From Podarcis pityusensis (lineage: Eukaryota): a stretch of 64,000 nucleotides of DNA. A program made the translations under genes and the position numbers. The stretch lies in the NCBI GenBank assembly GCA_964106645.2, contig OZ067038.1; one strand, 5' to 3'. The notes beneath the pieces are model-generated. The model made no database searches and was not told the origin of the DNA. It saw only the letters and a list, made by a program, of their open reading frames with translations. This document shows, piece by piece, positions 42,612 through 55,020 of this stretch (position 1 is the stretch's first letter; every line of letters begins with the position of its first letter).

Positions 42612-44286
42612 TCAGCAGTCTAACAGCTGATAGAGTTTTTCTTTGTTCCATTAACACAAGCAGTGTTTTATTTAATGAATGTCTAAGTGGAAAAAAATGT
42701 GCCTACATTTGATTTACTTTTCAGGACTGAAATACAGCAGTATTAGTTGACAGAAACCAAAACCAGCAGTACATTTTAATGGCTGAATATGGAAATAAAC
42801 CCTAACCCTTTCTCACAACTCTTAGGCCACAGTCAGAGAGCTGCAGCTTTGCATGACCAGGTGGGGCTTTAAATTGCCCTGTGTCATGTAACCTCCCCCC
42901 CCCCCACAAAAAAATCACTTCTGACAGTTGGAAAAGCTTAAAACCCAGCTTTGTGATAATGGCATGGAAGAGTTGCTGTTCAGATGAAAAGAGTGACAGG
43001 TCCCTCTGAGTGCAGACATGCTCTTGGGCACACTAAAGGAGTATTCTGGGTTTTTCATAAACAGTTTTATGTGTTTTGTAGAAATACAAATGTGTGTCTC
43101 TATCAAATAAAGACAAGAATAACGTGATCTAATTTGAAACCTTTTCAGCATATATTGAAGCAGATGGAATCAAGAAAATAATCAAGCAGATTTTGTCATG
43201 TTCCTTAATGTTTATGGTTCAATAAATTCCTCTTTTCTGTTAACTCCTTGGTGTTGAGAATGGCATTTCTTGGTGCTTATCTCCATTGCTGGCAGTGGAC
43301 GCATCAGGAGCCATGAGCACCAGAAGTTAGCTTACTTTTTCTATAATTGTCACCAAATAAAAATGAAAATGTATTCTCTTAATTTACTTGGACCTGTCTT
43401 GCTCTGTAGAGTATTTACTATGTTTTAAATTGTGTTTGGGATACAAAGCTAATGTACTTGATACATTACACCATGTCAAACATAGAACCACTTCTAAGAG
43501 TAATACCCCAAAGGTAGCCTCTGACTCCTAGCATATTGCAAAAGAGCAAATATTTTTTACTTTCCAGAAGTGATAAATTAAGTTCTGCCACAATTAGCAC
43601 TGAGCATTAATGTGCTACTCAACAACCAGTTCTGCAATGAGCATTGCAGTGAAGGACTAGATCTTCTGCCCTCTCTCAGGCTATACTCTGCAGTTGCACA
43701 GCAAAACAGTTCTGTTGACTTTGGCTGCAGCGGAATAATTTAGCTGTGGGATAACCTACTTATGGTTGCTATGGCTTTAGGAGGGCTAAGGGTCTGTCCA
43801 GACAAAAAATTGGTGTAAATCTATGGTCAATGTAATCCCATATATACATCTTATTCTTCTGATGCCTTTTAAATAAAACACTGCACGATAACAAAATTGC
43901 ATACGATTTTCAATTTGGAAATTTAATTTTTATATGAATCCCTTGTATTCGGTTTTTAACTTTAATTCAGGGTGTGTTATTGATCAAATATACTACTGTA
44001 TTAACTAATTATTTTATTTTTAATTTTCAAATATTCTGTATTTACAGCTAATTTTAACTTGGTTTGTGTTCGGTAAATGCTAAAATCACACTGCAAGCTG
44101 TAGAAAGATTTGTTTTAGAACTAATATAGATTTGGTTACTAAGTTTGAACTGTTACAGTTTAACAATTATTTGTAGACTTGTGGCTTTTTTGTTCTTGAT
44201 TTCTGTGCTACACTAGTTTGCCATGTAGCAATTGCACTGTGCAATATTACAATAAGAGGACTGGGAAAATTTTTATGTATGTAATG

Positions 44287-44442
44287 NNNNNNNNNNNNNN
44301 NNNNNNNNNNNNNNNNNNNNNNNNNNNNNNNNNNNNNNNNNNNNNNNNNNNNNNNNNNNNNNNNNNNNNNNNNNNNNNNNNNNNNNNNNNNNNNNNNNNN
44401 NNNNNNNNNNNNNNNNNNNNNNNNNNNNNNNNNNNNNNNNNN
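44287..44442. other. Assembly gap (156 N)
   Basis: Run of n. Confidence 1.
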
Positions 44443-45078
44443 TGAATTAAAATATATATTGCAGCAAATGGAACTTGTCGGCTTTTATTTTTATTAAAGT
44501 AGATTGAGATAACTGAAAAGTTTTTCAATCTTTTCTCTAACTCTCAAGGGCTCATTTATATAAATTTCCAGTTTCACAGGATTCAGGCCACCAGCTTTAT
44601 CTTAGTGATGTGATTTCCCCCCAAATAGTTTGACTGAAGTGATCTTCAAGAACACTTGCGCTTCCATTTTTGGCCAGTCAACAGAAAATGTAACTATTGG
44701 AACACATGGTGGTTTTGGACTTCATTGAAAATTGCAGCTTTTCTGTCATGTAGTTCCTCTGAGATGCCAGTGGAATGGTGATGGTACAAGTTGCCAAATG
44801 GTGGGGAAAGCATTCATCTAAAGGATGTATTGGGACATGATGCTCCAGTAGATTATTATTTATTTCCATTGGCAATGGAATACATGTGATCTGTTTTAGA
44901 GGAGCAGACAGTCTGATGTGGAATTAATAGAAAGGAATACCTGCTCATGCCAGTCCCATGCAGAGAATCATTGTAAAAAAACCCCATAGTTTATTCATAA
45001 AGCAGTTACACTTTTTTTTGCCAAAGCTCCTAATTTTGATGAAGGATGGTGAAAATATCAGGAGTGGGAGAAGGAATA

Positions 45079-45427
45079 AAGGTAAAGGGACCCTGACCAT
45101 TAGGTCCAGTTGTGGCTGACTCTGGGGTTGCGGCGCTCATCTCGCTTTATTGGCCGAGGGAGCCGGCGTACAGCTTCCAGGTCATGTGGCCAGCATGACT
45201 AAACCGCTTCTGGCGAACCAGAGCAGCACACGGAAACACCATTTACCTTCCCGCTGGAGCAGTACCTATTTAAATACTTGCACTTTGACATGCTTTTGAA
45301 CTGCTAGGTTCGCAGGAGCAGGGACCGAGCAACGGGAGCTCACCCTGTTGCGGGGATTCGAACTGCCGACGTTCTGATCGGCAAGTCCTAGGCTCTGTGG
45401 TTTAACCCACAGCACCACCCACATCCA
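45079..45427 (-). mobile_element. Full-length Sauria SINE (different subfamily from the 8877 copy)
   Basis: Reverse tail aaaggtaaagg, reverse box B ggattcgaac, perfect 12-bp TSD ggagaaggaata (45067-45078 / 45428-45439). Confidence 0.92.
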
Positions 45428-45790
45428 GGAGAAGGAATAGCCAGTTCCTATTTCTGTTAAGGCTGCTGTGGATGTTACATTATTATACCTTGTGGTGCCA
45501 TCTGCATTTTAGTTCTAGGTAGCTGAAAGCCTACCTCACAAGGGCAATGGTTAGTGAGAAATGGGCAAGCAGTAACAATAGCCTATCCCCAATATAACGT
45601 GGAAGCAAAGTGAAACTGCCATGGAATATAATATATAACTAGTTTCCTTAGGGCAAATTTCCCCATCCCCAACGACCTGGACATAGATGTAGAAAAGATC
45701 TCCAAGAGATGAAGCAATTGATGTGCAGAATGCAATAGGAGATCTTTTACCAATCCTTGTGCTATTTCCAGGTAGTAGCAAGTTATTGAT

Positions 45791-46037
45791 CAGAGGTCAG
45801 CAAACTTTTTCAGCAGGGGGCTGGTCCACTGTCCCTCAGACCTTGTGGGGGGCCGGACTAGATTTTGGAAAAAAATAACGAATTCCTATGCCTCACAAAT
45901 AACCCAGAGATGCATTTTAAATAAAATGACATATTCTACTCGTGTAAAAGCATGCTGATTCCCATACTGTCCGCAGGCCTGATTGAGAAGGCAATTGGGC
46001 CAGATCTGGCCCCTGGGCCTTAGTTTGCCTACCCATG
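45791..46037 (+). mobile_element. hAT MITE family A, copy 2
   Basis: Closely similar to 16930-17177; 7/8 TSD ttattgat/ctattgat. Confidence 0.92.
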
Positions 46038-46776
46038 CTATTGATGCTAATTATGCTTTTGGACAAGACAAGACAGTAAGTTTCCTTTTATTGAGGTTGG
46101 TACATGCTTTGAATAGAAAAGCATAGCAAAGGTGTTGGAGCCTGATCTGAGGCTACCGCTTAGCACAGTACATTACTACTACTATTTTTTTAAAAAAAGA
46201 ACTTCCTTTGCCCGTGTGGAAACAGCAATGCATTGATTATTGGTTGAGGTTTCTCAAATGGTACATTTTCACTAGTCCAACCCAGTGTTCTTTTTTGTTC
46301 TTTGTTCCATCCGATTGATCAATCCAATTGTACAGTTTTATGATAAGCGTCATTTTTTCCTTCCAAGCAATGTGTATTTTTGAATTATAGGTATTCCCTC
46401 CCTTCATCTGTAATGTAATGGGAATAAAAGGATAATCAAGAATAATAAATATTTATTCTGAAAATTCCCCAATCTATGTTGCACACACATTGTAATTTGA
46501 AGGCCACTTTACACAAGATGTTTTTCCTACATAGTTGTTTCCATGAGTTTTACTCCTAGCAGACATTGGCATGCTGCATTTGAGATCTTTGTATTTTCAG
46601 TAGCTGAATCATTGGCATACCAAAGTAATTGCAAAATCCGGCATGTAAGAAATATCAGCTGACATTGTACTTTTGCAGCATGTCATAAAATTTTAAATTC
46701 ACACTATGGGTATTTGCTGACTTAATAAAATTTGATAAATAAAAGCATTTAAAATTTCAAGTAATAGAATTGCATT

Positions 46777-46790
46777 CCACCAGGGGGCTC
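46777..46790 (+). promoter_or_regulatory. Candidate CTCF site
   Basis: CCACCAGGGGGCTC, one mismatch from the core CCACCAGGGGGCGC. Confidence 0.5.
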
Positions 46791-48506
46791 TGCCCGAATG
46801 TTTCAGCAAGATTACTATGACAGGAACAAATTTTTTCCTGCTCCTTTTGGAAGTTTCACAGCATTGCATGGAATCTTGTTTCCCATGAAATATGAAAGAA
46901 GCAGTTTAAATTGATAGAATTTCCATTAACATTTGTTTGCACTTTCTTAAAATACTAATAATGCAGAGCATTTTGCTTCATTTAGCAATATTAGGACTAC
47001 AGATTTAGGTGGGATATGTGTGTATGTTAGGATTAGCCCTCTCAAACAAAATAAAACAGTAACAGTATTGCAAACCATAAGACACAACATTGATGACACG
47101 GCAACACATCTAAAAATCATCACAGCAGCTGAGAGGAGCAATGCCTGCAGACAAAAAATGAAATGAGTGCAAAAATAGTATCTTAAAAGACTACCAACAG
47201 AAAATTGAATGTATTTTAGCTTCATATTATTTATTTCCTGGGAATGTAGCTGCCAAGCATTCAAGACAGAATTATCTTTTTTGTTTATTCAGCATTCGGA
47301 ATTGTGCTTCTTTTTAATGATATCTGCAGCCTTAATTCTTGAATCGTCTTATGGGTATTTTGTAGAAAATTTTGTTTTCCAACTTTGCTTTTTTGCTACC
47401 CTCATTCTTTTTCTATTGCTCTTTGTTACATTTTTATCAGGCTTCTTTAAAAGTGTTCTTTCCCCTCCACCCCAGCTTGTTCCTCAGTGGGGAAATTTAA
47501 GAATTGCTTTAACTAAGAATTTGATCAGGGTCATTTTTTCCCCAGAGGGAAAAAGTGGACACGAAATAGAGATTATTTGTTTAATTTAAAAGTGGTATGA
47601 CAAGGAGCACAGGTGAAAGGTGATTCCTGTACCCCGCAAACCCTTATCATGACAACAGCATCTACAACACATAGCTTCCACACTTTTGCAATAAAGGAAA
47701 AGAATGAGTTATCCTGCTGCCACCCCCCTGAGGAAAAACACATTTTGTTGAAGTAGAAGAAATGGCCAGAGCACTATTGGCCAGAATAGGGTTGCCCACC
47801 CCAGCATTTGATTGCCCATTGATTTGCCTACCCTGCCTGAATTATAGAGAATTTGAAATACAGGGTTTTAAGTATAAAAATAAAAAGGGTGGTATTCAAC
47901 TAGGTTTTACAGAGAGGAGATACACTGGAATTAATGCACATTAGGTCCATTAATATCAATAGGTCTCTGCATAAAAATTGCATACCACAGACAGGGTTGT
48001 ATCTCACAAAATTGTCCCATTTGTGCAATAGAAATTTGCCTTCCTCTCTGCCTCCTGTACCCTTCAGATCTGTTCTGGGGTTTCACCTGACCCTCTGCAC
48101 CAGATTTGGGGGGAGGAGAGAAGAGGAAGAGGACATTCTGTTGCACAAACAAGTCCTTGTGCAAACAGGTTGATTTGGCTGGGCACAGTTTACAAATGTT
48201 AGAACATACCTATAAGATAACATACATTAACAACAGGCTCAATATTATGCTCTATGAAGTGTAACTCTCCAAAATGGTCATGATCCAGTGACAAAAGCTT
48301 CCTTATAAAGCTACTACAGGGCTGCATATTTTATTAATGCAAGGTGTTGTCAATTTGTCTTCAGACTCTTTATCTTACAATTTCCCCAAGCGTTCTTGTT
48401 TCAAAGGTGTCTTCTTACAGTCCCAATGAAGAGCATATAAGTTCTGTTGAGAAGACATTATCATACAAGACAAACTATCTTCTCCCTCTAAATCTATATT
48501 ATTTGC

Positions 48507-48513
<7 letters not shown>

Positions 48514-48550
<37 letters not shown>
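48514..48550. repeat. (TA)n microsatellite
   Basis: Seen directly. Confidence 0.95.
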
Positions 48551-48553
<3 letters not shown>

Positions 48554-48610
48554 GTTGGGTTATATATCCTGAGATTCCCCACAGATAACTCCAGCTTCTG
48601 CTTCTGAACA

Positions 48611-48919
48611 CCCCTCCCATCGTTCTGCCCGGACACTGAGGTCCAGCGCCGAGGGCCTTCTGGCGGTTCCCTCATTGCGAGAAGCAAAGCTACACGGAAC
48701 CAGGCAGAGGGCCTTCTCGGTAGTGGCACCCGCCCTGTGGAACGCCCTCCCATCAGATGTCAAAGTGATAAATAACTACCTGACATTCAGAAGACATCTT
48801 AAGGCAGCCCTGTTCAGGGAAGTTTTTAATCTGTGATATTTTAGTGTATTTTGGTTTCTATGGAAGCCACCCAGAGTGGCTGGGGAAACCCAGCCAGATG
48901 GGCGGGGTACAAATAATAA

Positions 48920-48962
<43 letters not shown>
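48611..48962 (+). mobile_element. Young 5'-truncated L2 LINE with (TTA)n tail
   Basis: Open frame RTLRSS...RAFSVVAPALWNALP...FRRHLKAALF; 3' stem-loop ggctggggaaacccagcc; (tta)n at 48921-48962. Confidence 0.88.
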
Positions 48963-48963
<1 letters not shown>

Positions 48964-49868
48964 TAAAGAATCTTAGTAACATGCTATGGGGTGAAATCAG
49001 AGAGCACACATATATTGACCAAATGGTACTTCCTCACTTAGCACCCACAGCCTTACATGGTACCTGGTAATAATATAGTGAGCACAAGTGGGACCCATGT
49101 GGGCAGCAAGACTGAAGCACTCACTGTGCACCATGGAAGAAAACTAGGAATATTTACACAAATCGTACACTCTACCCCTTAGCATTCCCAATGTGCATCT
49201 GTATCTGCTGTAATCATTCTTGAGAGAGCACAAACTGGAAACAAACATTGGCATATCAAGCAGTAATTAGTGATGGGTTCATAATAAAAAAAATCCCAGC
49301 ATAAGTATTAATGAATCATCCTTGACACCATTACCTCTCCCAAAGAGACAGTCAAGGAGCAGGCCAAGGTGAGAGTGTTCCCATTGTAAGGCAGGAGGAG
49401 AGAGCCTGGCCTCACTGATCCATGCCTGGTAACCTCCAAGATCACTATAATGTTTTATTTATGTATGTGGGACTGGCTTTGAGGATGGTACAGAAGCATC
49501 TGGGTTGTTCCTAAAAATGAACAAAAAGGAGTAAGTACACCCCTTGAAAGAAAGAGTCCCATATAGACTCCCTCTGGTGGATGTGTACGCACGTGCACAC
49601 ACACCATGAGGTATAAAGCTAGGAACATGCATTGCTCAAATGCCTCCCCTTAACCCCCCCCCCCAGCTGCTCTTCAGATATCTGTATGTTAAGACAGTGT
49701 AACTGCTTACATAAGGGTTTCCAAGTGCAGCCAACTGAACGTACTTAAAAACCCCCTGCAAATTTTGCACTGTGTGGAGGTCTAAAGAGCAACCCAAATG
49801 ACTGGGTGGGGGCCTGCCCAATCTCTTAATTTTAAATATCATGCCCAAAGTGCAAGATGTACATAAAT

Positions 49869-50119
49869 CAGGGGTCAGCAAACTTTCAGCAGGAGGCCGG
49901 TCCACTGTCCCTCTGACCCTGTGGGGGGCCGGACTAGATTTTGAAAAAAATAATAATGAATGAATTCCTATGCCCCACAAATAACCTAGAGATGCATTTT
50001 CAATAAAAGGACACATTCTACTCATGTAAAAACACACGAATTCCCAGACCGTCCGTGGGCGAGATTTAGAAGGTGATTGGGCCGGATCCGGCCCCCGGGC
50101 CTTAGTTTGCCTACCCATG
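49869..50119 (+). mobile_element. hAT MITE family A, copy 3
   Basis: Same family; perfect 8-bp TSD acataaat. Confidence 0.92.
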
Positions 50120-51744
50120 ACATAAATGATCTAAGTATGTGGGTAGATTCACACAGAAGAATGTGTTTTGTGATGTACCCATACCACTCGATTTTCTTTG
50201 TCAAAACCAGAGCCTTTAACCGGGACTGGAAACCTGCTGGGGAACCAGGACTGTAGTTTCAATACGCTTCATGTATCTTGCTGCTGTTAACTGCTTGGCA
50301 CCCACTCTCTGAACCAAGTGCAATTTCCTAACATAATCAAAGGCAGCTCTGTTTGTTTGTTTTCTTTGCTTAACATTTATATCCTGACCTTTGTCAAAAG
50401 ACTTCAGGGTGGGTAATGATATTAAAGAATACATAAACCAGACTATAAAAACAAGAGAATGTTTTATCAGCATCACATGTAGAGCACAAAGCATTGCATA
50501 AGTGTGGCTGGATTCTCCTTCAAGAAAGGTGGAGCTGGCATCAGGTTAGGTGCTACAAAGCTCTCACTCCTTCCCACTACAGCTACCTGGACATTCAGAA
50601 GTAAGGCTAGGTATAAGAGCACACCAGTAGAAAATCTGAATCTTCAAGGGTGGTACAAACCTACTGAACTATGTTTACTTCTCACTCAAATGCATCAGCA
50701 AGCACCACCTCCAGCTTATGCAGCTTATATTTATTTGCCCCAGTATACCTAGAATTGCATGGAAATCGCATGTGTACATGCATCTTGCACTAGGGGTGTC
50801 TGGATGTGATGATGTGCCCGGGAAATGTGTCTGATGGTCATGCAGAGGTAAAAACATACTTGATAACAGTGATTATGGGGAGGGGGAGATATGAAATGGC
50901 TATATAAGGGGAGGACAATTATATTGTCCCACGCACAAACTTTGGTCCATCTCCATCCATGGTAAACTTTGTAACTCTGCCAACTTGACTTTGGGCATCC
51001 TGGTGCTGTTACTTAAAAGTCAGGTAGCTTAAGAATAAACTCTCTGTCACCTATGACCAGATCATGGAGAGAGCTGACCTTGAATGTATTACTTTGACCT
51101 AGGTGAAATGAATACTTCTCAGCCACAACCGTCTAGGTATTTGAATCAGCAACAACAGAAGTTGGGAAGGTGTGGGGTTTTGGTTACAGTCTATAAGTGA
51201 ATTTAATTTTCAGCCAGGTTCCAGGGCTGAGTGCTTGTACCATGTGTTGGCAACTGGGACAGAGAGGGATTCTGCTAGGGTATCTCAGACTAGCATAGTC
51301 TCAAACTTGGTGTTGAGGACTCCTAGAGTGTTGGTTATGGGGTACTGAAACATCCATGCAGAAGACCCCTTTCTCTGGAGTGACTCCGGACTTCATGGGC
51401 ACCATGAGAACATAATGGGACAAGTGCCTTTGTTTTACATGCGTCAAGGGTTTTTTGGTTGGGAAGGACAGTGGTGGTCTAAGGATGAGGTTTTCATTAA
51501 TTCTTTTCATTTGCGAAATAAATAAATAAATAAATAATCTTTAAAAATCCTGCCTACCTTAAGAGAAGATACCATGGTTCTGAACAGCATAAAATCAATA
51601 AAACTGCATTTATGAAACAAGCTTCCTAAGTCCGTTTTCAGGCACTATAACTGCCCCTGATATTGGGGAAAGACTGCCATGCCTAGTGTGAAGAGTGGGA
51701 AGGTGCGATTCCACTCCGCCTCCATTTTCTTTTAAAGAGGGAAG

Positions 51745-52770
51745 AGAGCGACGCTGGCGTGCATTTGAGGGACCCCCCTTGCACCTCCCTCGGTGGGTGG
51801 CGCGGTGGTGTGGGTCACGGCGAGGTCCGCCAGCCCACCCCCCCGGGAGCCCCGCTCCAGAGGGAGAGGCGCGCGCGCTGGCCCTGCAAGGGCGCCCGGA
51901 GCCCGGAAGACGCCCCCCTCGCCTTAGGAGCGCCGCCATCTCCGCCCCTCGACGAGCGTGAAGGGGGCGGAGGGTGTCGCTGCTACGTGATTCCTTTGTC
52001 GATGAGGAGCCCTCTCTCTGCGCGCTGCAAGCCCAACTCCGGCCCCGGAGCGAGGGAAAGAAGCCGTCAGGCACGAGGACCGGCGGGCGGCCGAGCGAGG
52101 AGGCCCCCTCGGCGGCGTCTCTTGTTGCCAGGCAGAGGCGTCCCCGGCGCCCGCAGCTAGGCGGGGAGGCGGGAAGGGCCCGGCGGCGGCGGCAGCGGCA
52201 GCGGCGGCGACGGGCGGTTCCATGAGGCGTCTCCGCAGCCTTTGCACCTGCTGCTGCTGTCAGGTGGCGTCGGCGGGAGCTCGCGACCTGCCTCGCGCCT
52301 CGATGGGCAGCCGCGGGCTCTGAGGGGCGCCGGACCCTCGACGGGGATGTGCCATCTGAGCCGCCCCACAAATGGCTCTCGGCGACGAGGCGGCCGTGGC
52401 GCCTGCTGCTGCTGCTGCTGCTTCCACCAGCACCAGCACCCTGAGGTGTGAGCTTCCCGTGCGCCTGCGGGGACTCTTTGCAGCAGGCATCTCGCGGGCT
52501 TGGGCGACCAGCGTTGGCCTCAGGCTGCTGCTGCTGTTGCCGCCGCCATGCCCTGATCGGAGAAGCGCCGAGGCAGCCGCGGCCACCAAAGGGCCCCTTT
52601 TCAAGGCTGCCATGCTCCTCGGGGTGCTCTTAGTCCTTTGCCAACGGGTCCAGGCGGAGCAAGGTGAGCGGCGCGCCTTCAGACCCGGGCGAGGGTGGTG
52701 AAGGGAGGCTGAGCAGGAATTGCTTAATGAAGAACAGGGGGCTGAGCGGGGGGGGGGGGGGCTTCGTTAC
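51745..52770 (+). promoter_or_regulatory. CpG island / promoter and 5'UTR of the downstream gene
   Basis: Abrupt GC- and CpG-rich block in AT-rich surroundings; GC boxes (ggggcggag ~51963, ccgccc); GCG/GCA and GCT trinucleotide runs. Confidence 0.9.
52372..52663 (+). CDS. KIAA1549L: First coding exon of a signal-peptide-bearing protein, probably KIAA1549L (C11orf41)
   Basis: ORF inside the CpG island ending in hydrophobic MLLGVLLVLCQRVQA-EQ, then a strong phase-1 donor CAAG|gtgagc. The name rests on known HIPK3-KIAA1549L tandem synteny, not on recognising the protein sequence. Confidence 0.65.
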
Positions 52771-54188
52771 AGCTGCAGCCATTGTGTTATCGGCGATCTC
52801 GTTCCAAATAATAAAAATAATACTCTTCTGGGATGTGCTCGAGGAGGGGAAGCTCGCGCCTGGTGCCTTGGAATGGAAAGGAGGGAGGCTGCACAGAAGA
52901 AGGTGCCATCTTCCCCCCGGTCTCTCCTCCTCTCCCCACAATTTTAAACAAAAGTTAACAGCCTTCTGCATAACAGCTGCACTTCACTGCAATGCCTCAG
53001 TGTTGTTTCGGTGGCCCTGGGGTTCGCATTTGATTTTTTTTCAGAGGGCGCCTGGAGGCTTGTAAATATTTTAGCACAGAATAATTCCGAGGCGCTGCCC
53101 ACCCTCCTCCCGCCGTCGTTTTCTGTAGCTGGTGAAATGTGTCAGGTAACAAACGAGGAGGGTTTCTGAGCTTGTGTTTCCAAAGTGGCCTACAGTGTTG
53201 GAAGGAGTGCTCTGCTGCCTCTTGTTGACTAGCATCTCTGCCCTCCCTCCCCAATTTTTTTTTTTTTTTACAATGCACAGAAAAGAAGCTGTTGTTACCT
53301 CAAACAATTACTTTTTGGAAGGAGGGGGGAGAGATGTGTCAGAGCTGATAAGAGTACAAAAAAATTTCTCCAGCATAACATATCTTATTATTGGTATCTT
53401 GGGGATTTTTTTCGGGGGGGGGGGAGAACTAATTTCCCTGCCATTTTCCATTTTGAAAGTAGTAGCAGCGTACAGAGTGGCATCAAAGTTAACAATGCTG
53501 TACTGTATGTGAACAAGGAATGGTAGTTTGGATCTGTGTAGACACAATCCCACGAGGATGGAGTTCATGGGACTTTTTTCTGCAGGATTTGGGTCTTCTC
53601 TAGCTGAGCCATGATGCTTTGGTTATGACTGCAATCCTCAGACCTTTGAGGTATAATCAGTGGAGTTATGAACTATATCAAGCCCAATTTTGGAGCATGC
53701 AGCTTTGAAACTCCCTTCAGTTTCAGAAGCAGCTTGACATGTGGCAGGAATGCTATTCATGAAGAAGTCTGGGTCTAGTCTTACATATCTTTGGATTCTG
53801 GCCATTGTTTAGTATTTATTTAGTAGTAACGATTTAATTGTTGAAGTGTTCAGCGATCAGGAGCATGAAAAAGCTTTTCCCTCCCCTCATCTGGTTGCTT
53901 CTGTGGTAACCAAGGTGGCTTACTTACCATTAGAGATAGAATACAGTACAGTATTGAATAAGATTAGCTGGATTAAAAATAAAATAAAATAAAGGAAGGT
54001 GTAAGGGTTTGCTTTATTTCTCCGTAGGGTTGGAGTGGCAGAAATTTCTTACTCAAATAGTCTTGAACTTATGTTGGGTCTGGGAGGATTTCTCTGCACG
54101 TCAAACTAACAGCTCTCCCCCTGCCCCAAATACCACTAGTATAATTGATTGTGATCTTTACTGGTAGGTTATGACCTGAATTCTTATA

Positions 54189-54434
54189 CAGTCATACCTT
54201 GGGTTAAATGTGCTTCAGTTTGAGCACTTTTGGGTTGCACTCCGCGGCGACCCGGAAGTAATGGAACACGTTACTTCCAGGTTTCGCCGCATGCGCAGAC
54301 GGTCAAAATGACGTCATGCGCATGTGCGGAAGCGGCGAATCATGACCCACGCACGCGCAGATGCGGGTTGCGTTTTCTTCTGGATGTGAATGGGGCTCTG
54401 GAACGGATCTCGTTTGTATCCAGAGGTACCACTG
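54189..54434. mobile_element. Tc1/mariner MITE (ETS/NRF1/CRE-motif family)
   Basis: TA-CAGTCATACCT ... AGGTACCACTG-TA. Confidence 0.82.
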
Positions 54435-54874
54435 TATAGGGCGCAATCCTGAGAAAACTATACCTGTTTGGATTCCACTAACATTATTGCAACTTTAAGT
54501 GGTTTGATGTGCACTTAAGTCCCATTCAAATAAGTGTGTTTTAAGTTGTTGTGAACTATTTCATTTGCTTAATTCCCATTTAATTTTGTTTCAGTTGGAC
54601 TGATTGAATGTGCTTGTTAGTTACCGGTAACTTCTAACATTTTTTTAATGGAGAAAATACCTTGTACAATTGGCAAGCAGTGTTAAATATACTGGCCCTA
54701 ATTTGGATCTAAGCGCTAGTTAGAAGTTCCCTTCAACGGATGTGTGTGAGAATAACAGGCTTATGATACAGCAGAGAAATCCATTTAGGGGAGCTCCTTT
54801 GGTTCGTAGATTTCCCTTGCTGAACTGGAGTTTATACAAATTTGTTTATGTGTAATATGCATTTTACATATTAG

Positions 54875-55020
54875 CAGTGCTTTTTTTCTTAAAAAATATT
54901 TAGGGGTACTCTCATTTTCCAACTCATATTGAAATACTGCCCCTCAATGAGGCCAAACTTAGATTCACAAAATGTTTAGGGGTATGCGTACCCCTGCATC
55001 CCCCCAGAAGAAAAGCACTG
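54875..55020. mobile_element. hAT MITE family B
   Basis: TIR CAGTGCTTTT / AAAAGCACTG; perfect 8-bp TSD catattag. Confidence 0.9.

Larger units (their letters stand above)
40601..44451 (+). other. HIPK3: Long AU-rich HIPK3 3'UTR with several candidate poly(A) signals
   Basis: Repeat-poor AT-rich sequence after the stop. AATAAA at 40667, 41662, 42067, 43106, 43221, 43356, 43872; ATTAAA at 44446. True end uncertain. Confidence 0.65.

Noticed and set aside
49636-50118. 160-aa minus-strand ORF
   Set aside because: Begins within hAT MITE copy 3; chance open frame.
51610-52371. 253-aa antisense ORF and other overlapping ORFs in the CpG island
   Set aside because: Expected from stop-poor GC-rich sequence; low-complexity Arg/Gly/Pro/Ala with no recognisable domain.
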